Assembly: GCA_951406725.2 (NCBI GenBank) | Contig: OX597815.1 | Span: 102,920,001 to 102,984,000 of the forward strand | Direction: 5' to 3' | DNA from: Octopus vulgaris | Taxonomy: Eukaryota | DNA: 64,000 nucleotides | Shown here: positions 39,090 through 52,532 of the stretch, piece after piece | Layout: each line of letters opens with the position of its first letter | Position numbering within the stretch: position 1 is the stretch's first letter | Notes under the pieces: generated by a model | Told to the model about the DNA's origin: nothing | The model's input: the letters and a program-made list of their open reading frames with translations, nothing else | Database searches by the model: none | Position numbers and translations under genes: made by a program

Positions 39090-39430
39090 CGATGTACTTA
39101 CAACCGAAAACGTCCGCCGTGAATGGACCTGTGAAATTTTTTCATACCAAATATAATAACCAACGCCTCTTTTTCAAACAGGTTATAGCTCTTTTCCGCC
39201 GGCAGTAATGTGCTTTATGTGTGAGCTAGAGACTTCCTCCTGCTCATACTCGCTATCCATACTCCTATCCCATACTCGCTAGCATCTGCAGCTAGTGTTA
39301 TCTCTAACTTTGGGTCGAAATACATGAGATATAAGTCTGAAGTTAACACATCTTTAACTCGTTACATGCTTTCTGGCATTTCTCTGTCCACACAATTTGG
39401 CATTTGTTTTCCATAATCCATTAAGTGGTG
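39090..39430 (-). mobile_element. Gypsy-type LTR retrotransposon RT/RNase H fragment
   Basis: WTEKCQKACNELKDVLTSDLYLMYFDPKLEITLAADASEYG and TLLPAEKSYNLFEKEALVIIFGMK. Confidence 0.8.
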
Positions 39431-39576
39431 CCCTTACCGTATGTATATATAAATGAAAGCAAGAGGAACTGATGTCAGATAATATTCAACGATCATTGTC
39501 TGTTTCGATTATGAACCGTAACCCTTCATCTTGGTAAGTGGAAAAGAATCACCCTCTTTTCGGCGTTATCAATAAC

Positions 39577-39626
<50 letters not shown>

Positions 39627-39759
39627 TTTCTTTATTCACCATAAGGTTGAGAAAAAGAGGGGACAAAACAAACGTTGGGGTCAGGGTATCGAATGAGACG
39701 AAACATGAATAAACAAACAATTAATATATATACAATTAAATGAGAATGAGTGATTAACA

Positions 39760-40540
39760 AAAAATGAAGCGGAGGACGCGGTCGACCCCACAAACCACAT
39801 ACTCACACTGAAGACTTTGCTTTATCCTTTTTTACATTCTCGATTAAATAGGTTCTTTCACTCGCAACATACTTGCTATAGACTTCCATCTTTTACGAAA
39901 CACACTTTGCGACAGGCATTTCTTCTCCAGCCTTATTTTCCGTTTCATGTGGAAAACGAAAAAGTCGATTAGCTCGAGACTGGAGATAAACATGCCTGTT
40001 GCAATTCCTTTTACTCTCGTCTTCCACACTACTTCTTTCGCCAACTACCGAAAGAAAACAGGCTCGCTCCTCCCTATTCAGGAAGGTCGGCGGAACTATC
40101 TTAATTACAGATTCGCTCGACAGTTGTACTCTTCTCGAATGCGACAGCAGGTGTTCGACATAAGTCTAGAGTTCAGTCACCTTGGGGCATTGCACAATCG
40201 CGTGCAGGACAGTTTCACTGTCCCTCTTACATCTTGCACAAACCGGCGAAGGTGCACACCAATGTCTAAAGAGCTTATCTCGAACCGGTAAAGCTCCTCT
40301 GTAACATTGCCAGGCCAGGGACTTTTGGTAATTATCCATAGGCCCCGGACCGAATGTTCTTTGGAACAGGCTGGCCAGTTGATTTCCGTCGAAGCCCAGA
40401 GTTTCTCCTAGGACGTCGTCACACTTAAACTCTACTAACCCTCTATAGAAGAACGCGGTAGTAGCCCCGCCACCGGCGTTGCCCGACTGGGAGAGAAGCA
40501 CGAGTGCCTGATAGCACTCTGCATGCCACATGCCCAACCG
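39760..40540 (-). mobile_element. L1/Tx1-like LINE 3' fragment
   Basis: KSLAWQCYRGALPVRDKLFRHWCAPSPVCARCKRDSETVLHAIVQC (CxxC-H-C motif); MAKEVVWKTR. Confidence 0.8.
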
Positions 40541-40859
40541 TGTGTGTGTGTGTGTGTGTGTGTGTATGAATGCATGTATGTATGTATGCATATATGTATG
40601 TATGCATGTGCTTGCCTCTAGGCATGTTTTGATTTTAAGAAAAAATTGACAGCGACTATGATGTCTCTGTTCAATTCACACCCCCCCGCGGCCCAAATGC
40701 ATGTCTCCCTTCGTAGTAATTCATTTATAGCATACTAATATGCTTCTTTCGTTATCAATTTCCTTCTATCTATTTTTCTTCCGTTATTTTAGTTACCTGA
40801 CTTTTTTCAGCAGAAACATTAGTTTCGAAAAAGTACAAAACATTTAACTGCTTCTGACT

Positions 40860-41690
40860 TCAGTGCAGTTATAGTAACGTTTCAACCGTTATGTCAAAGC
40901 TCTATGAAGGTGAAGGTGACTAGGACTCTTGTCACAACCTCATTCATCTTCTCAGTGTTTTCAAAATGACTGTCCTTGAGCAACAGAAAGTCAGCGAGAT
41001 GAAGGTCTGGACCTTTCAGAAGAAACAGGACTGTTATGATGTTCTACTCTGAGAAGTAGTTGGTTACCAGGATGGAAAAGTGGTCTAGTACATTGTGCTG
41101 GAAATCACATACAAAAATTATAATAATTAGATAGATAAAACTGCCTGCCTTATATTTATCCATGCATGACTCAAATTCTCTTCACTTTCTTTGTACATTT
41201 TCCGGTTTCTCTCTCTCTCTTGCATCTCAACAGCTGCACAGTTACTCTCTTCATATTACGCTTAGTACCTTGTTGAACAATTATATTTCTTCATTCATAA
41301 AGAGGCCAATCTCTTTCTGAACTCCATGAAACCCTCCACAATGGAGAGAAGGAATCTACTGTATGTAGAAGATGCCATTGCTGAAACGCAATCAACTTGA
41401 ACTTTACAGTAGATTTGATTTGCCTGGCCTCTTTTGACAACGAATGATGCTCTTCAAAAACAAGTTAATCCATAAGTAGTCAGGATTATTTCAGATATGT
41501 CTGTAGCGTTTTGCCCAGTTTAACGCAAAACTTTCTTGTACACCGACTTTCCAAATTGTGTTCACGTCCCGACAGTATTCTGCAAACTAGTCAGCCATGA
41601 CAAGTAGTGTTTAGTACGCTCTGTTCAATGCGCCGTTACACTAATTTCTTTCAGTCTGGAATAACCAAAAGTTGGTATGTCAGCTTATTC
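40860..41690 (-). mobile_element. Mariner relic interrupted by a ~200-bp duplication of flanking DNA
   Basis: FCVKLGKT near 41520 and PDL..ADFLL near 41000. 41099-41297 duplicates 41698-41890. Confidence 0.5.
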
Positions 41691-42054
41691 GATGTATGGA
41701 AATTACATACAAAAATGATAATAATTAGATTGATATAACTGCCTGTCTTATATTAATCCATGCATGGCTCAAATTCTCTTCACTTTCTTTGAACATTTTC
41801 CTGTTTCCTTCTCTTACATCTCAACAGCTGGACAGTTACTGTCTTCATATTACATTTTGTACCCTGCTGAACAATTATATTTCTTCATTCCATTACTGAA
41901 TTTTAGAAGCCTAATTTCCTTACCCTTCGTTTTCACTAAATATTATATATAATGACTTCGAATATAAATTAAGGCGACGAGTTGTTTCAATATTAAAACT
42001 CGTAAGTCGATTGGTCAACACGGTTTCAACAAACATGATGAATACACACATGTA

Positions 42055-42188
<134 letters not shown>

Positions 42189-42224
42189 ACTATCCATCCA
42201 TTTCCATATATACGCAATATATTA

Positions 42225-42710
42225 GGGTCAGTTTGGCACCATATCTGTGAGAAAAACAGCAACAGAAATTTGGAAAAATTCTCACAGAAATTTGAAAACG
42301 ACATGCTGTACTGCTTGGCATTCGCACCAGAGGCTCCAATCCAAACATCTCAGTGTTTGAATATGAATCTGAGGACAGTGCATAGAAACAGCACTCTGAT
42401 CATTCTGATAAGAAATTTAACTCTGATCATCCTGATAAGAAAAGAACTCCTGATTTCGTTAATGGGATCCAGGCAATGATTGACAACGATCCCTCCACGT
42501 CAATCAGGTCTTTCGTGAGGGACAGTGAAGCGCTTGAGTTTCTTATCAAGCAGGTAGCGCATAAAGATATTAGGTGTTCCTCATACAAGTTGAAAAGAGG
42601 CCAATTTTTATCCCAAGCCATCAAGGGCATGGGGAAAGACCACGCTACGAGGCTTTTGAACAAACTCAAGCAACCTTCCAACCGAACATGCTTTGGTTTT
42701 CCTCAGGTGA
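42225..42710 (+). mobile_element. maT/DD37D-like mariner N-terminal relic
   Basis: MIDNDPSTSIRS..IKQVAHKDIRCSSYKLKRGQFLSQ..RLLNKLKQP. Confidence 0.7.
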
Positions 42711-42794
42711 ATTATCGTTGTTATTTGGTGTTAGCAAACAAACAATATTGACTCACATAGTTTAAATCGGTAAAGTGACCTAATCTATGTATAT

Positions 42795-43681
42795 ACGAAG
42801 TTTGATCAACAAGTATCAGAACTGTAGCTGTAGTAACAAAGCTAAAACACGCAGAGAGAAGCTGCTTAGCAACATTTGACCTTTAACTCTGCTGTGTATG
42901 CGCTCTAAATTTTAACGTTCTAGCTCACTTCCGCTGTTTACAGCAGTGCTTGGAAGGAAGGTTTGTAGCTTGTGATCGTCACATTGACCATGACAGAGAA
43001 AGTTGTCATGGCGATACCTGCTCAGAGGCCTACGCAATGTTGGAGAATGGTTATGGAGAGGAGTGTATGAGTCGCACACACGTGTACGAGTCGTTCAGAC
43101 GTTTCCAAGATGGCTGTAAAAATATCGATATTGACGAACGTTCTGGGAGACCAGCAACCAGCAGAACTGAGAGAAGCATCGCAGATGTGCGTGCCTCTGT
43201 GATGGGAAATCGTCGAATCCGTGAGTTATCAGAGGATGTGTAGATTAGTTACGGTTCAGTTCAGGCTATTATCACCGAAGATTTGGGTATGAAACGCGAG
43301 TCTGCCGAGTTTGCGCAAAAGCTGCTATCAGCTAATGAAAGAGACACTCGGGTTTCAGTTGTACAAGATCTCCTTAATTGTGTCGAGAACCATGAACATT
43401 TTTGAAAACTTTGCGTAGGCCTCTGAGCAGGTATTGCCAAGCTTTTGGCAAAAATTTATGCAGATTTTCTGCTTAACTTTCTCTGTCATGGTCAATGCGA
43501 CGATCACACGCTACACATCTTTCCAAGCACTGCTCTAAACGTCGGATGTAAACAAGAACATTAAAACTTAGTGCGCATGCACAGCAGTGTTCAAGGTCAA
43601 TCTGTGCTAAGTGGCTTCACTCTGCATGCTTCAGCTTCGTTACTATGTCAACAGTCCTTATACTTATTGAACAGACCACGT
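42795..43681 (+). mobile_element. Non-autonomous mariner derivative with ~250-bp inverted ends
   Basis: HTH region AYAMLENGYGEECMSRTHVYESFRRFQDGCKNIDIDERSGRP. The right end (43410-43681) is an inverted copy of the left end. TA on both flanks. Confidence 0.85.
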
Positions 43682-46111
43682 ATATATATATTTTCTAGTA
43701 ATCTCTGCTAATTTTAAAACAACACAAAATCTTCAACATTTACGTACGTGTTATATATAATTTAATATTGATATACATATTTATCATGTAGATTATCATA
43801 GTGCAACTGTAAGTCCCGTTCATGAGTTCGATTTTTGTCAGTAGGTTAATTCACTGCATATGAATTGGATATTTTGTAAAATAAATTAAAAGCCATCGAT
43901 AAACGTTTTCTGATAGTTTATAAATAATTACATCTAAACGATCTTTGGTAGATTTCGTTGTTGTGTGCAATATTACTAAGTTAACAGGATCAAACGGCGG
44001 ATTTTGAGTATTTTATATGCTTTTTATAGGTACCACACATCAAAGTGTTACTCTCTATGTATGTTGATGAAATGTTCTTGCGTAGTGTGCCTTAGGCCTG
44101 CTACAGTCTGTTAAGATCATTAGATCATTCGGTGAGCGCATATTCATACAGCTAAGTTCTTTCAAATGCGTCATTAAGTTCTTTCGAATGCGTCATTAAG
44201 TTATTTCGAATGTGTCATTAAGTAATTTACTTCTGGATATTTTTCGCAAATCATATCTTTTGATTGTTTTAAATTAAAATGAAGATAAAATGAAGATAAA
44301 ATTTGCTTTACCCTGAAACATTTCCAAAACTAATATGAGTAACTAAGTGATTGTTTCATAAATGTAGTTTACATAGTATTTTGTGGCTGTAACAAGATAG
44401 CTCCCTTTTATCGAGCCTTTCATAAAAATATTTCTGTTTATGTTCCATTTTAAAACTGTCATGCTTGTCCATTGTTATGCTTGTATCATTTGAATACTTT
44501 GAAATATAATCACAAAAGTCTTAAATGTTTAAATCACCACCTTTTTATGGCAACATTCATTTATACTTTTCACTGAATAGACTGTGTTACTTTCTTCTTC
44601 AAAATCTGATCAGCGAACCTACGTCCTCTACAGAGTTCCGAGGTGATATAAACATACACAAAAACGGTGAAGATACTGGGGAAAGTGTCCATAATCTGGA
44701 GCAAATATATGTGGTCGGAGACTGATAAGAAACTGCATAGAACAACTTTTAGTAAATATATCTTGGTTATATCACTTCTGTTATTAGATTAAAACTCCAC
44801 TACTTGCAGCAGTCCTTGCTCTGAGGACAATTGACATAATAATTTGATACTAATATAATCGCTCTATCACTACTAAATATGTTTGGAAACACAGTAAAAG
44901 TATACACCTTCTAACGCACAGAATCAGAAGTAAAGTATAATGCATGACGTTATGGCATAAATAATCTATTATGAATTATGTAGAAGGTATAAAATAATGC
45001 ATTGAAATAATATGAACGTCAGTAGTATAGGTAAATCATACTTAAGGACATCAAAGCCATTTGGGATTTCGTCACTCAAGGCTTCCATGTAATAGAAAGA
45101 ATGCCTGATGTTATAGATATACCAATAAACTATGAAATAAATGTTATTGCTATAACTGCAGGCAGTAGAATTCGGATGCAACAATTTGAATGTTGTAATT
45201 ATTCAATTTGTACAAGCATTACAATCAGGAGATACAAATGTAAAATTACCAATATTTCTAGGATATTAAGATATGGTTTCTACTGGAATGTACACACAAA
45301 AGAATCAATGATAGGACACACTTTTCTGAAAATTATGTATTAAGAATAGCTATTAAACTAAGAATGACTTTTACCGATCGAGATTCGGCAACACTTATAA
45401 TAAATGTAGATTTCAACATCCAAAATTACTATTCGGAAATGAGCTCTCAACTGCAATAGATTCTATTATCCGAGCAATGAGTAAAGATTTCACTTATGAA
45501 AATGAAGATAACCGGAACTGCTGTAGGAAAAGTTTAAGGTTATGCAATCGAAGAAAACATTTGCTATATTTGAATTTTAATATATTTGTATTAATCTTCC
45601 CTACTGAGTATACGTGTAAAACAGTCGAAAAATAAATAGTGATACACAGATGCATAAATAAATGCTGATTTCAATAGAGAGATACGAAAGGAACGAGTGA
45701 GGCAAAGTGGGTGAAGGAAGTTTTGAGATGCGAAAAGAGAATAGTGGAATAATTTTTCGCTATTCTATTGATGAAGATCAAATGGTATTCGAGATAAATG
45801 AACAGACGAGTTAACAGAGAAGGCGTCTGTGGTGACTTGCTTCCGTTTATTATGTATAACAATTATACAAATTAATGAACAAAGAGATCAATAATGTCGA
45901 GTAAATAAAACACAAGTATTGTTTCTATCCTTAGAAATCAATTAGAAAAACAACAAAGCTAAATTATGATTATCTCCCCCGCGATCATCATCGTCGTCGT
46001 CGTCGTCAACATCATCATCATCATCATCATCATCGTCGTCGTCGTCGCTACCACCACCACTAGCACCACCAACATTATTATTATTATTATTAGTAGTAGT
46101 AGTAGTAGTAT

Positions 46112-46670
46112 TGAGTGAGAAAGCAGTGCATGCCATCAAAGTGATTCTGTGGTAAAATATACAAAGCCCAGTATACCCATCATGACTACCCGTCTGATAA
46201 GGGTACACCAGGCACATGCATCACAACCAAATGTGAGCGACATGGTGATCTCATATCAAAATAAACAGCGCATGACCTTGCAGGTGGGGCCCAGTTAGAA
46301 ATTTCTTCTGGTCGAGTAACCCATCCCGCTCAAAAGGTCCCTTAATAAGAGTTGTTTGAGGATGTTGAACGAAACACCCATGTTACCAGATGTGAATTAT
46401 TCAAACCCCAAAGAACTCCTCTCAACACATGGCTATGATGCTCCCCCATTACTTCTGCTCGTGATCAGAGATGCACATATCGTCAGCCTCTAAGGGACAT
46501 GCTCAAATGGTTATGGTCAAACAACTGACAAGCAAATCTGTGGTATTGAGCAGAATATTTGCTATAGCCCATCTTTTATACCAAGACAAAACAAAGTACA
46601 TGATAACACTTCGAATCAGTTAAGATCAGAAGCCATGAGTACCATTGTCTGGTACTGCATCAGGGCATGT
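46112..46670 (+). mobile_element. TAA/TAG-microsatellite-associated ~560-bp non-coding interspersed repeat
   Basis: Second full copy at 48857-49388, partial copies at 48409 and 23118; every copy borders (TTA)n-type tracts. Confidence 0.8.
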
Positions 46671-46676
46671 TTTAAT

Positions 46677-46726
<50 letters not shown>

Positions 46727-46749
46727 TTATCATTATTATTATTATTATA

Positions 46750-48362
46750 TGTTTGACTTTTGCTTTACATTTGTACAAGTTGGCTCCAAGTCTCACCCAG
46801 AGACCTCAAGAGACAAGTTGTAAGATCATGTTGGTGTTATGCCTAGGGTGCCATATAATTGGTTTTGTACTTAGTGTTGTACTAGTGGATGTTTAAGAAA
46901 CCATAAGAAAAGTATGTTTGTTTTAAAACTTGAGATTACATAGAAAGTATTTTGCGTAGGATATGTGCAGTTCCAATGAGCACTATCTTTTGAATTTCTG
47001 CCATTTTGGGATTTCCTGGTATCTGAGCTAGGTAGCAATCAGCTCCTTTTGCTATCAGTCCCAGGTCACCTTGTTTTAGTCTTCAGGTTCCACATTTTGC
47101 TAATTTCTATTTCAAGACCTTTATATTTGCTCCGTTTTTTGGTAGGTCTTGACAGATACGTCACATGAATGAGGAGGCATGATCTTTGTCTGAAGTCTTT
47201 CAATATGATGCCTGGCCTATTCGCATCTATCTTTCTGTCAGTTTGAATGGTGAAGTTCCAGAGGAGTGAGATGTGATCATTTTCAAGCACTGGAGGTGGT
47301 TTGTGTCCCTACTAGTTTCTATCATGAGGCAAGTCCAGGCTTTTGCAAATTTCCCAGTGAATATATTGTGCAGCTATATCATGCCTGTTGAGATATTCTG
47401 TAGGTGCAAGAAGACTGCACCTGGAGACAACATGATCAATGGTTCAATTTTGTTGTTGACATACACGACATGTTAGGCTACTGCCGTTCTTTAATAAGTT
47501 GGCCTGGTAGTTCCTTGTAGGTAGGCATTGATCATGTGCTGCTATGATAAACCCTTCTGCTTCAGATTTTAAGCCACAGGCTATTATCCATTGCTGGGTC
47601 AGGGCTTTGTCAACATCGGCATTATTCGCACTCTTTGGGTATTCGCCATTTAGAGGTTTTTCTTGCCATTTATCAATCAGAATATCTAAGGCAGCAGTTT
47701 TAGCACGGGTTTTCATGCGCTTAGCTTTTTCTTGCGCTTGTTTCTTGTATGTCTAATTCCGAAATTTGTATTCGAAATTCACTTACATATTACTTTGTCT
47801 GTTTTGTTACAGAGTATGATGCTTTCTTGTTTTCATGTTTTGAGACAAGTTTTTCAGGTAGGTGTCTAGGCCAATTGTGGCAATCTTCATTGTTATTGCC
47901 AGTTGTAAAAGTCAACGGCCTCCCTCTTTTCTTGCCAGATAATATCGTTCTATATTTGCCTTAGGGTGGGGCATTTTATGCATTGTCAACAGTTTTCGTA
48001 TTTTTCTGTCAAGATAACATATTTCAGTAAGTGACCAGTTAAAGATATTGAAACTGTAAGTCACGACTGGTGTGGCTAAAGCATTGATCGCTTCGATCCT
48101 GTCTTGAGTATTGCTCTTACTATGCGATAACATTTTCTGCTGATCATTTCCTTCATCATTGAATGCCTTATTCCGTTCTCTTCAATTACCCATAGGTAGT
48201 TGTAGCTCTCCACTGGATCTAACTCTTTTATGACATTCTGCTGGTCAAGGTTAACGTTGTGATGTCATCACTGAATTGTTTAACAATCGCTAGTAAGCCC
48301 TTAAGTTGGTCATTTTCTTGAAAGAGCTTTTAATCATCCATGTAAATGAGATGATTTATATT
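46750..48362 (-). mobile_element. Dong/R4-type LINE 3' portion
   Basis: HLIYMDD, IEAINALATPVVTYSF, LKSEAEGFIIAAHDQCLPTRNY, CRVCQ, WNFTIQTDRKIDANRP; flanked by (TTA)n. Confidence 0.85.
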
Positions 48363-48365
48363 TTC

Positions 48366-48409
<44 letters not shown>

Positions 48410-48449
48410 GAGTGAGAGAGCAGTTCATGCCATCAAAGTGACACTGGGG

Positions 48450-48526
48450 TAAAATATACGAAGCCCAATATACCCATCATGACTACCCGTCTGATAAGTC
48501 ATGATGGGTATATTGGGCTTCGTATA

Positions 48527-48531
<5 letters not shown>
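48450..48531. repeat. Perfect 35-bp inverted repeat (fold-back) with 12-nt loop
   Basis: TAAAATATACGAAGCCCAATATACCCATCATGACT (48450-48484) and its exact reverse complement (48497-48531). Confidence 0.95.
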
Positions 48532-48584
<53 letters not shown>

Positions 48585-48620
48585 TCTATTATTATTATTA
48601 TTATTGTTATTATTTTAATA

Positions 48621-48830
48621 AAGACGGCGAGCTGGCAGAATCGTTAGTACGCTGGACGAAATAGTGGCAGGTCGCCCGTCGCTCCGTTCGGAGATCAAGT
48701 TCCACCGTGTCCGACTCTCCTTTACATCCCTTCAAGCTTGATAAATTCAGTACCAGTGAAACACTGCGGTCGATGTAACCGACTTATGCCCTCCCTCAAA
48801 ATGGCTGCCCTTGTGGAAAAATTTGAAGCC
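48621..48830 (+). mobile_element. tRNA-derived SINE inserted in (TTA)n
   Basis: GGCGAGCTGGCAGAATCGTTAG head and GGTCGATGTAACCGACTT tail. Confidence 0.75.
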
Positions 48831-48856
48831 ATTATTATTATTATTATTATTATTAT

Positions 48857-49387
48857 TGAGTGAAAGAGCAGTGCATAACATCAAAGTGACATGGTGGTAA
48901 AATATACGAAGCCCAGTATACCCATCATGACTACCCTTCTCATAAGGGTATATCAGGAACATGCATTACAACCATATGTGCGCGACATGGTGATCTCATA
49001 TCAAGATAAACAGTGCATGATCTTGCAGGTGGTGACTAGTTACAATTTTCTTCAGGTCGAGTAGCCCATGCTACTCAAAAGGTCCCTGAATAAGGGTTGT
49101 TTAAGGATGTTAAACAATACACACATGTTTCCAGAACTTAATTATCCAAACCCCGAAGAACTCTACTCAACACACGGCTATGCTGCTCCCCCGCTATTTC
49201 TGCTTGTAATCAGAGATGCGCACATCGTCAGCCACATAGGAATATGCTCGACTGTTTATGGTCAAGCAACTGACAAGCAAATCTGAGGTATTGAGCAGAA
49301 TATTTGTTATAGCCCATATTGTATATCAATACAAAACAATGACATGATAACACCTCCAATCAATTAAGATCAGGAGCCATGGCAGCC

Positions 49388-49388
<1 letters not shown>
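48857..49388 (+). mobile_element. Second copy of the TAA-associated ~560-bp repeat
   Basis: Colinear with 46112-46640. Confidence 0.8.
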
Positions 49389-49418
<30 letters not shown>

Positions 49419-49522
49419 CTTCTTCTTCTTCTTCTTCTTCTTCTTCTTCTTCTTCTTCTTCTTCTTCGTCTTCTTCTTCTTCTTCTTCTTCTTCTTCTTC
49501 TTCTTCTTCTTCTTCTTCTTCT

Positions 49523-49556
<34 letters not shown>
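49389..49556. repeat. (TTC)n microsatellite
   Basis: Direct. Confidence 0.95.
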
Positions 49557-51290
49557 GCCTTTGCACGGCTTCTAATGCTGGAGATGTACTACAGTGTCAG
49601 CTGTTCACTACAAGTGAACTAAAGTAACACTTATTATTTTTCGAACACCTTGCGGAGTATTCGAGCGGTTCCACGCCGTGCTGTTTTATGCAAGTGCTCC
49701 ACCCTTATTGCAGCCCCTATTTGTTCTATGTACGTCTCGAGAATTTTGCTCACTGTTCCCAGGGCTCCGACAATTATTGTTATTACTACTACCTTTTTCA
49801 TCAACCACAACTACTTAACTTCCAAAGCTAACCTGTCATATCTCTCGACTCTTCTTTCTTCCTTGTCGCATACCTTGTTTGTCAGGTGGGCATGCTATAA
49901 CTATGATCCAGCAAATTTTCTTTCCTTTGGGAATGAAAAATATGTCCGGCTTCCTATTCTCTATCTCTTGGTCCCATTCAATCATAAAATCCCATAGGAT
50001 CCTTACATTTCTATTTTCGATTATGCCTTCAGATTTGTGGTCGTACCAATTTTGTTTTTCTGTCAAGGCCTTACTTGCTGCAGAGTGTCCAATGGACAAG
50101 CCTGGCTATATTGTCTCTTATATTCCTTCTGGGCTAGCGGCGTACATTGGCTGGTAATATGCCATACGGTTTCACCATTTTGTCCACAAATTCTGCACTT
50201 ATCACTTTCTGATGTGTTGTCTACTCTGTAGTTTATGTAGTTTGTTCTTAGCGCTTGCAGTTGGGCAGCACAGTTAAGAGACCCGATTTTAAATCACTTT
50301 TAGTCATCCACTAAAATCTTTTTTCTCTGTCTGTCTTACCTTCAACATCCCTATGAAATTGACCATGCATTCTTTTCTCTACCCATCTATTTTCAGTTTC
50401 ATTCGTTTTTAGTTTCTTGTATAGTGCTTTATCTTTGCAATCTTTCATCCTACACAAGCCTGTGTAGCGGTTCTGTGGCATTTTTACATACCATGCTATG
50501 TTGTTTTCTTATGTTCTAATGCGGTGTTCGCATCCAATAAGTCCTCTTCCCCCTCTTTTTCTTGGCACATACAATCTGTCTGTGTCACATTTTGGGTGGA
50601 GTGACCCTTATCTAGTTAGCAACTTCCTTGTCTTTCTGTATAAGTTGTTTAGTTCGTCTACTGTCCATGCGTTTACCCATGCTCCATATCTTAGTAGTGA
50701 AATCGCCCAGGTGTTGATAGCTTCGATCTTATTCCCGCCATTTAATTTCGACTTGAGGATAAGTCTCAGTCTGCACAAGTACTCCACCTTAAATTATTCT
50801 GTCATTACTTTCTCAATCAATTTATCCATTTCCAAAATCCCCAAGTACTTATAGCCGTCTCTTCTATCTGCTTCATAATCTCCCCCGACGATATCGTTAG
50901 CTCGTCCATACATTTGATTTTGCCTCTCTTTAAGACTAACACACCACACTTTCTCAGTCCGAACTCCATTCTGATACCTGCACTGAAGGTATACACCGTA
51001 TCAACGAGGAAATTAACTTGCGATTCATCTTTACCATAAATTCAGAGGTCGTGAATGAAGAAGTAGTGGTTGGCTTATTGTTGGCGGATTTTGAATGCAT
51101 ACCCAGACTTTGCTTCCCTTAGTATCAGTGTTAGAGTTATCAATAACAGTACAAAGATCAGTGGGGACAGACAGTCCCTTTGGAAGATGCCCCTCCTAAT
51201 TTCTACTGTCCCTAAACTTATTCCGTACGCTGTCAGATCCATCCTCCAATTCGCCATACTTTTTTCCAAGCAATCGCTAGTAGAAAGGAT
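49556..51290 (-). mobile_element. Dong/R4-type LINE, degenerate
   Basis: IRRGIFQRDCLSPLIFV, KYLGILE, WDFMIEWDQEIENRKPDIFFI..IACP. The 3' end matches 8040-8113. Confidence 0.85.
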
Positions 51291-52532
51291 TATTATTGTT
51301 ATTTTATTGCATATCAGATGCAGTTCCCTCAGATGCTCTTATGATTTGTACCTCTTTGTGACAGTAGTAGCAGTACAATGCGTCCATGCGTTGTAACAGC
51401 GCGTTATTGCATCCACCATTTGTTATCGAATCTCACTTCCTGGCAGATGAAACCTTTACATCACTCAGGTGACAACCCTCTGACGTAGTCTTTCTTGGTG
51501 ATGTTTTTACGATGTGGGAGTGCAGATCTTATCACCGGATGATCTAGTGGCTTCTAATAACACGCAGATGAAACGTTTCACATATTCTTTGACATGACGC
51601 TTCTACATGACCCTAGAGCAACGTAAAATGCAAGGTTTTGCTCAAGGACACAACACGCCACCTGTACTCGAATATAACCTGCGATCTGGCGATCAGAAGT
51701 GCAATATTCTTACCATTAGGTGACGTACCACCATTGCGGACAGTAATAAATCATTTCTGGAAACTACCCATTTAAAAATATGGAAAGAAATAGTACTGCA
51801 AATTGCAACCTTAGCGCTGCCTTATCCATCTTAAGCCAAAGCAACTGCCCTACAAAAATGGCGATTGAACAGATAGCGATAGAAACGAGAACAACAACAA
51901 CAACAAAAAGAATGACCTCATTTCACCGAAAATATATGTATTGACTAGAATCATTTGGAATCTCTGTGCAAATCTTTGACATGAACGAAGTGTATGCATC
52001 TTGAATTTGACTGTGACTTGGAGAACTGAAAACCGTCGAAGAGACCCCAGTATTGGAAACCCAAAGTGAGTGCAAAGCCACAGTTCAATCTTTGACGTAC
52101 GAAGATTATCTCTTCCATACAAATACATGCTGTATTTCTGTAGGTAGGTCGATACTCATCGATGTGACGGGCGTTGGCCTCGATGAAAAGCAAATGGTTG
52201 GTGTTCTGGGGGACTTTTGCTTCGAGAAAATTTCAGATATCCCTCACATGGCTGTGTTAAATGGGGGAGGTATTGTTGGGTCGAGATAAACTCATGAACA
52301 CGAAAGTGCCGACTCCTAGGGCGAGGTCAACATGCCTATTCAGCCTCTGAAGTTGATAAAGTAATGTACGCGAGAATTTCTGGGTTCACCTTAATTAACT
52401 GACTCCAAATATTCTTGATCATCTGCCTATGTACAGTTATTTGTAATGGTATTGTTACTGCTTTTATGCTTGCTTTTGCGGTTGTTGCATTTGTTATTAA
52501 TTTTACTAATAATATATTCTGGAAAAGAATGT

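Noticed and set aside
44153-44222. 3 x 22-bp minisatellite (also 3 x 18 bp at ~60899-60950)
   Set aside because: Ordinary slippage duplications with no spacers or structure.
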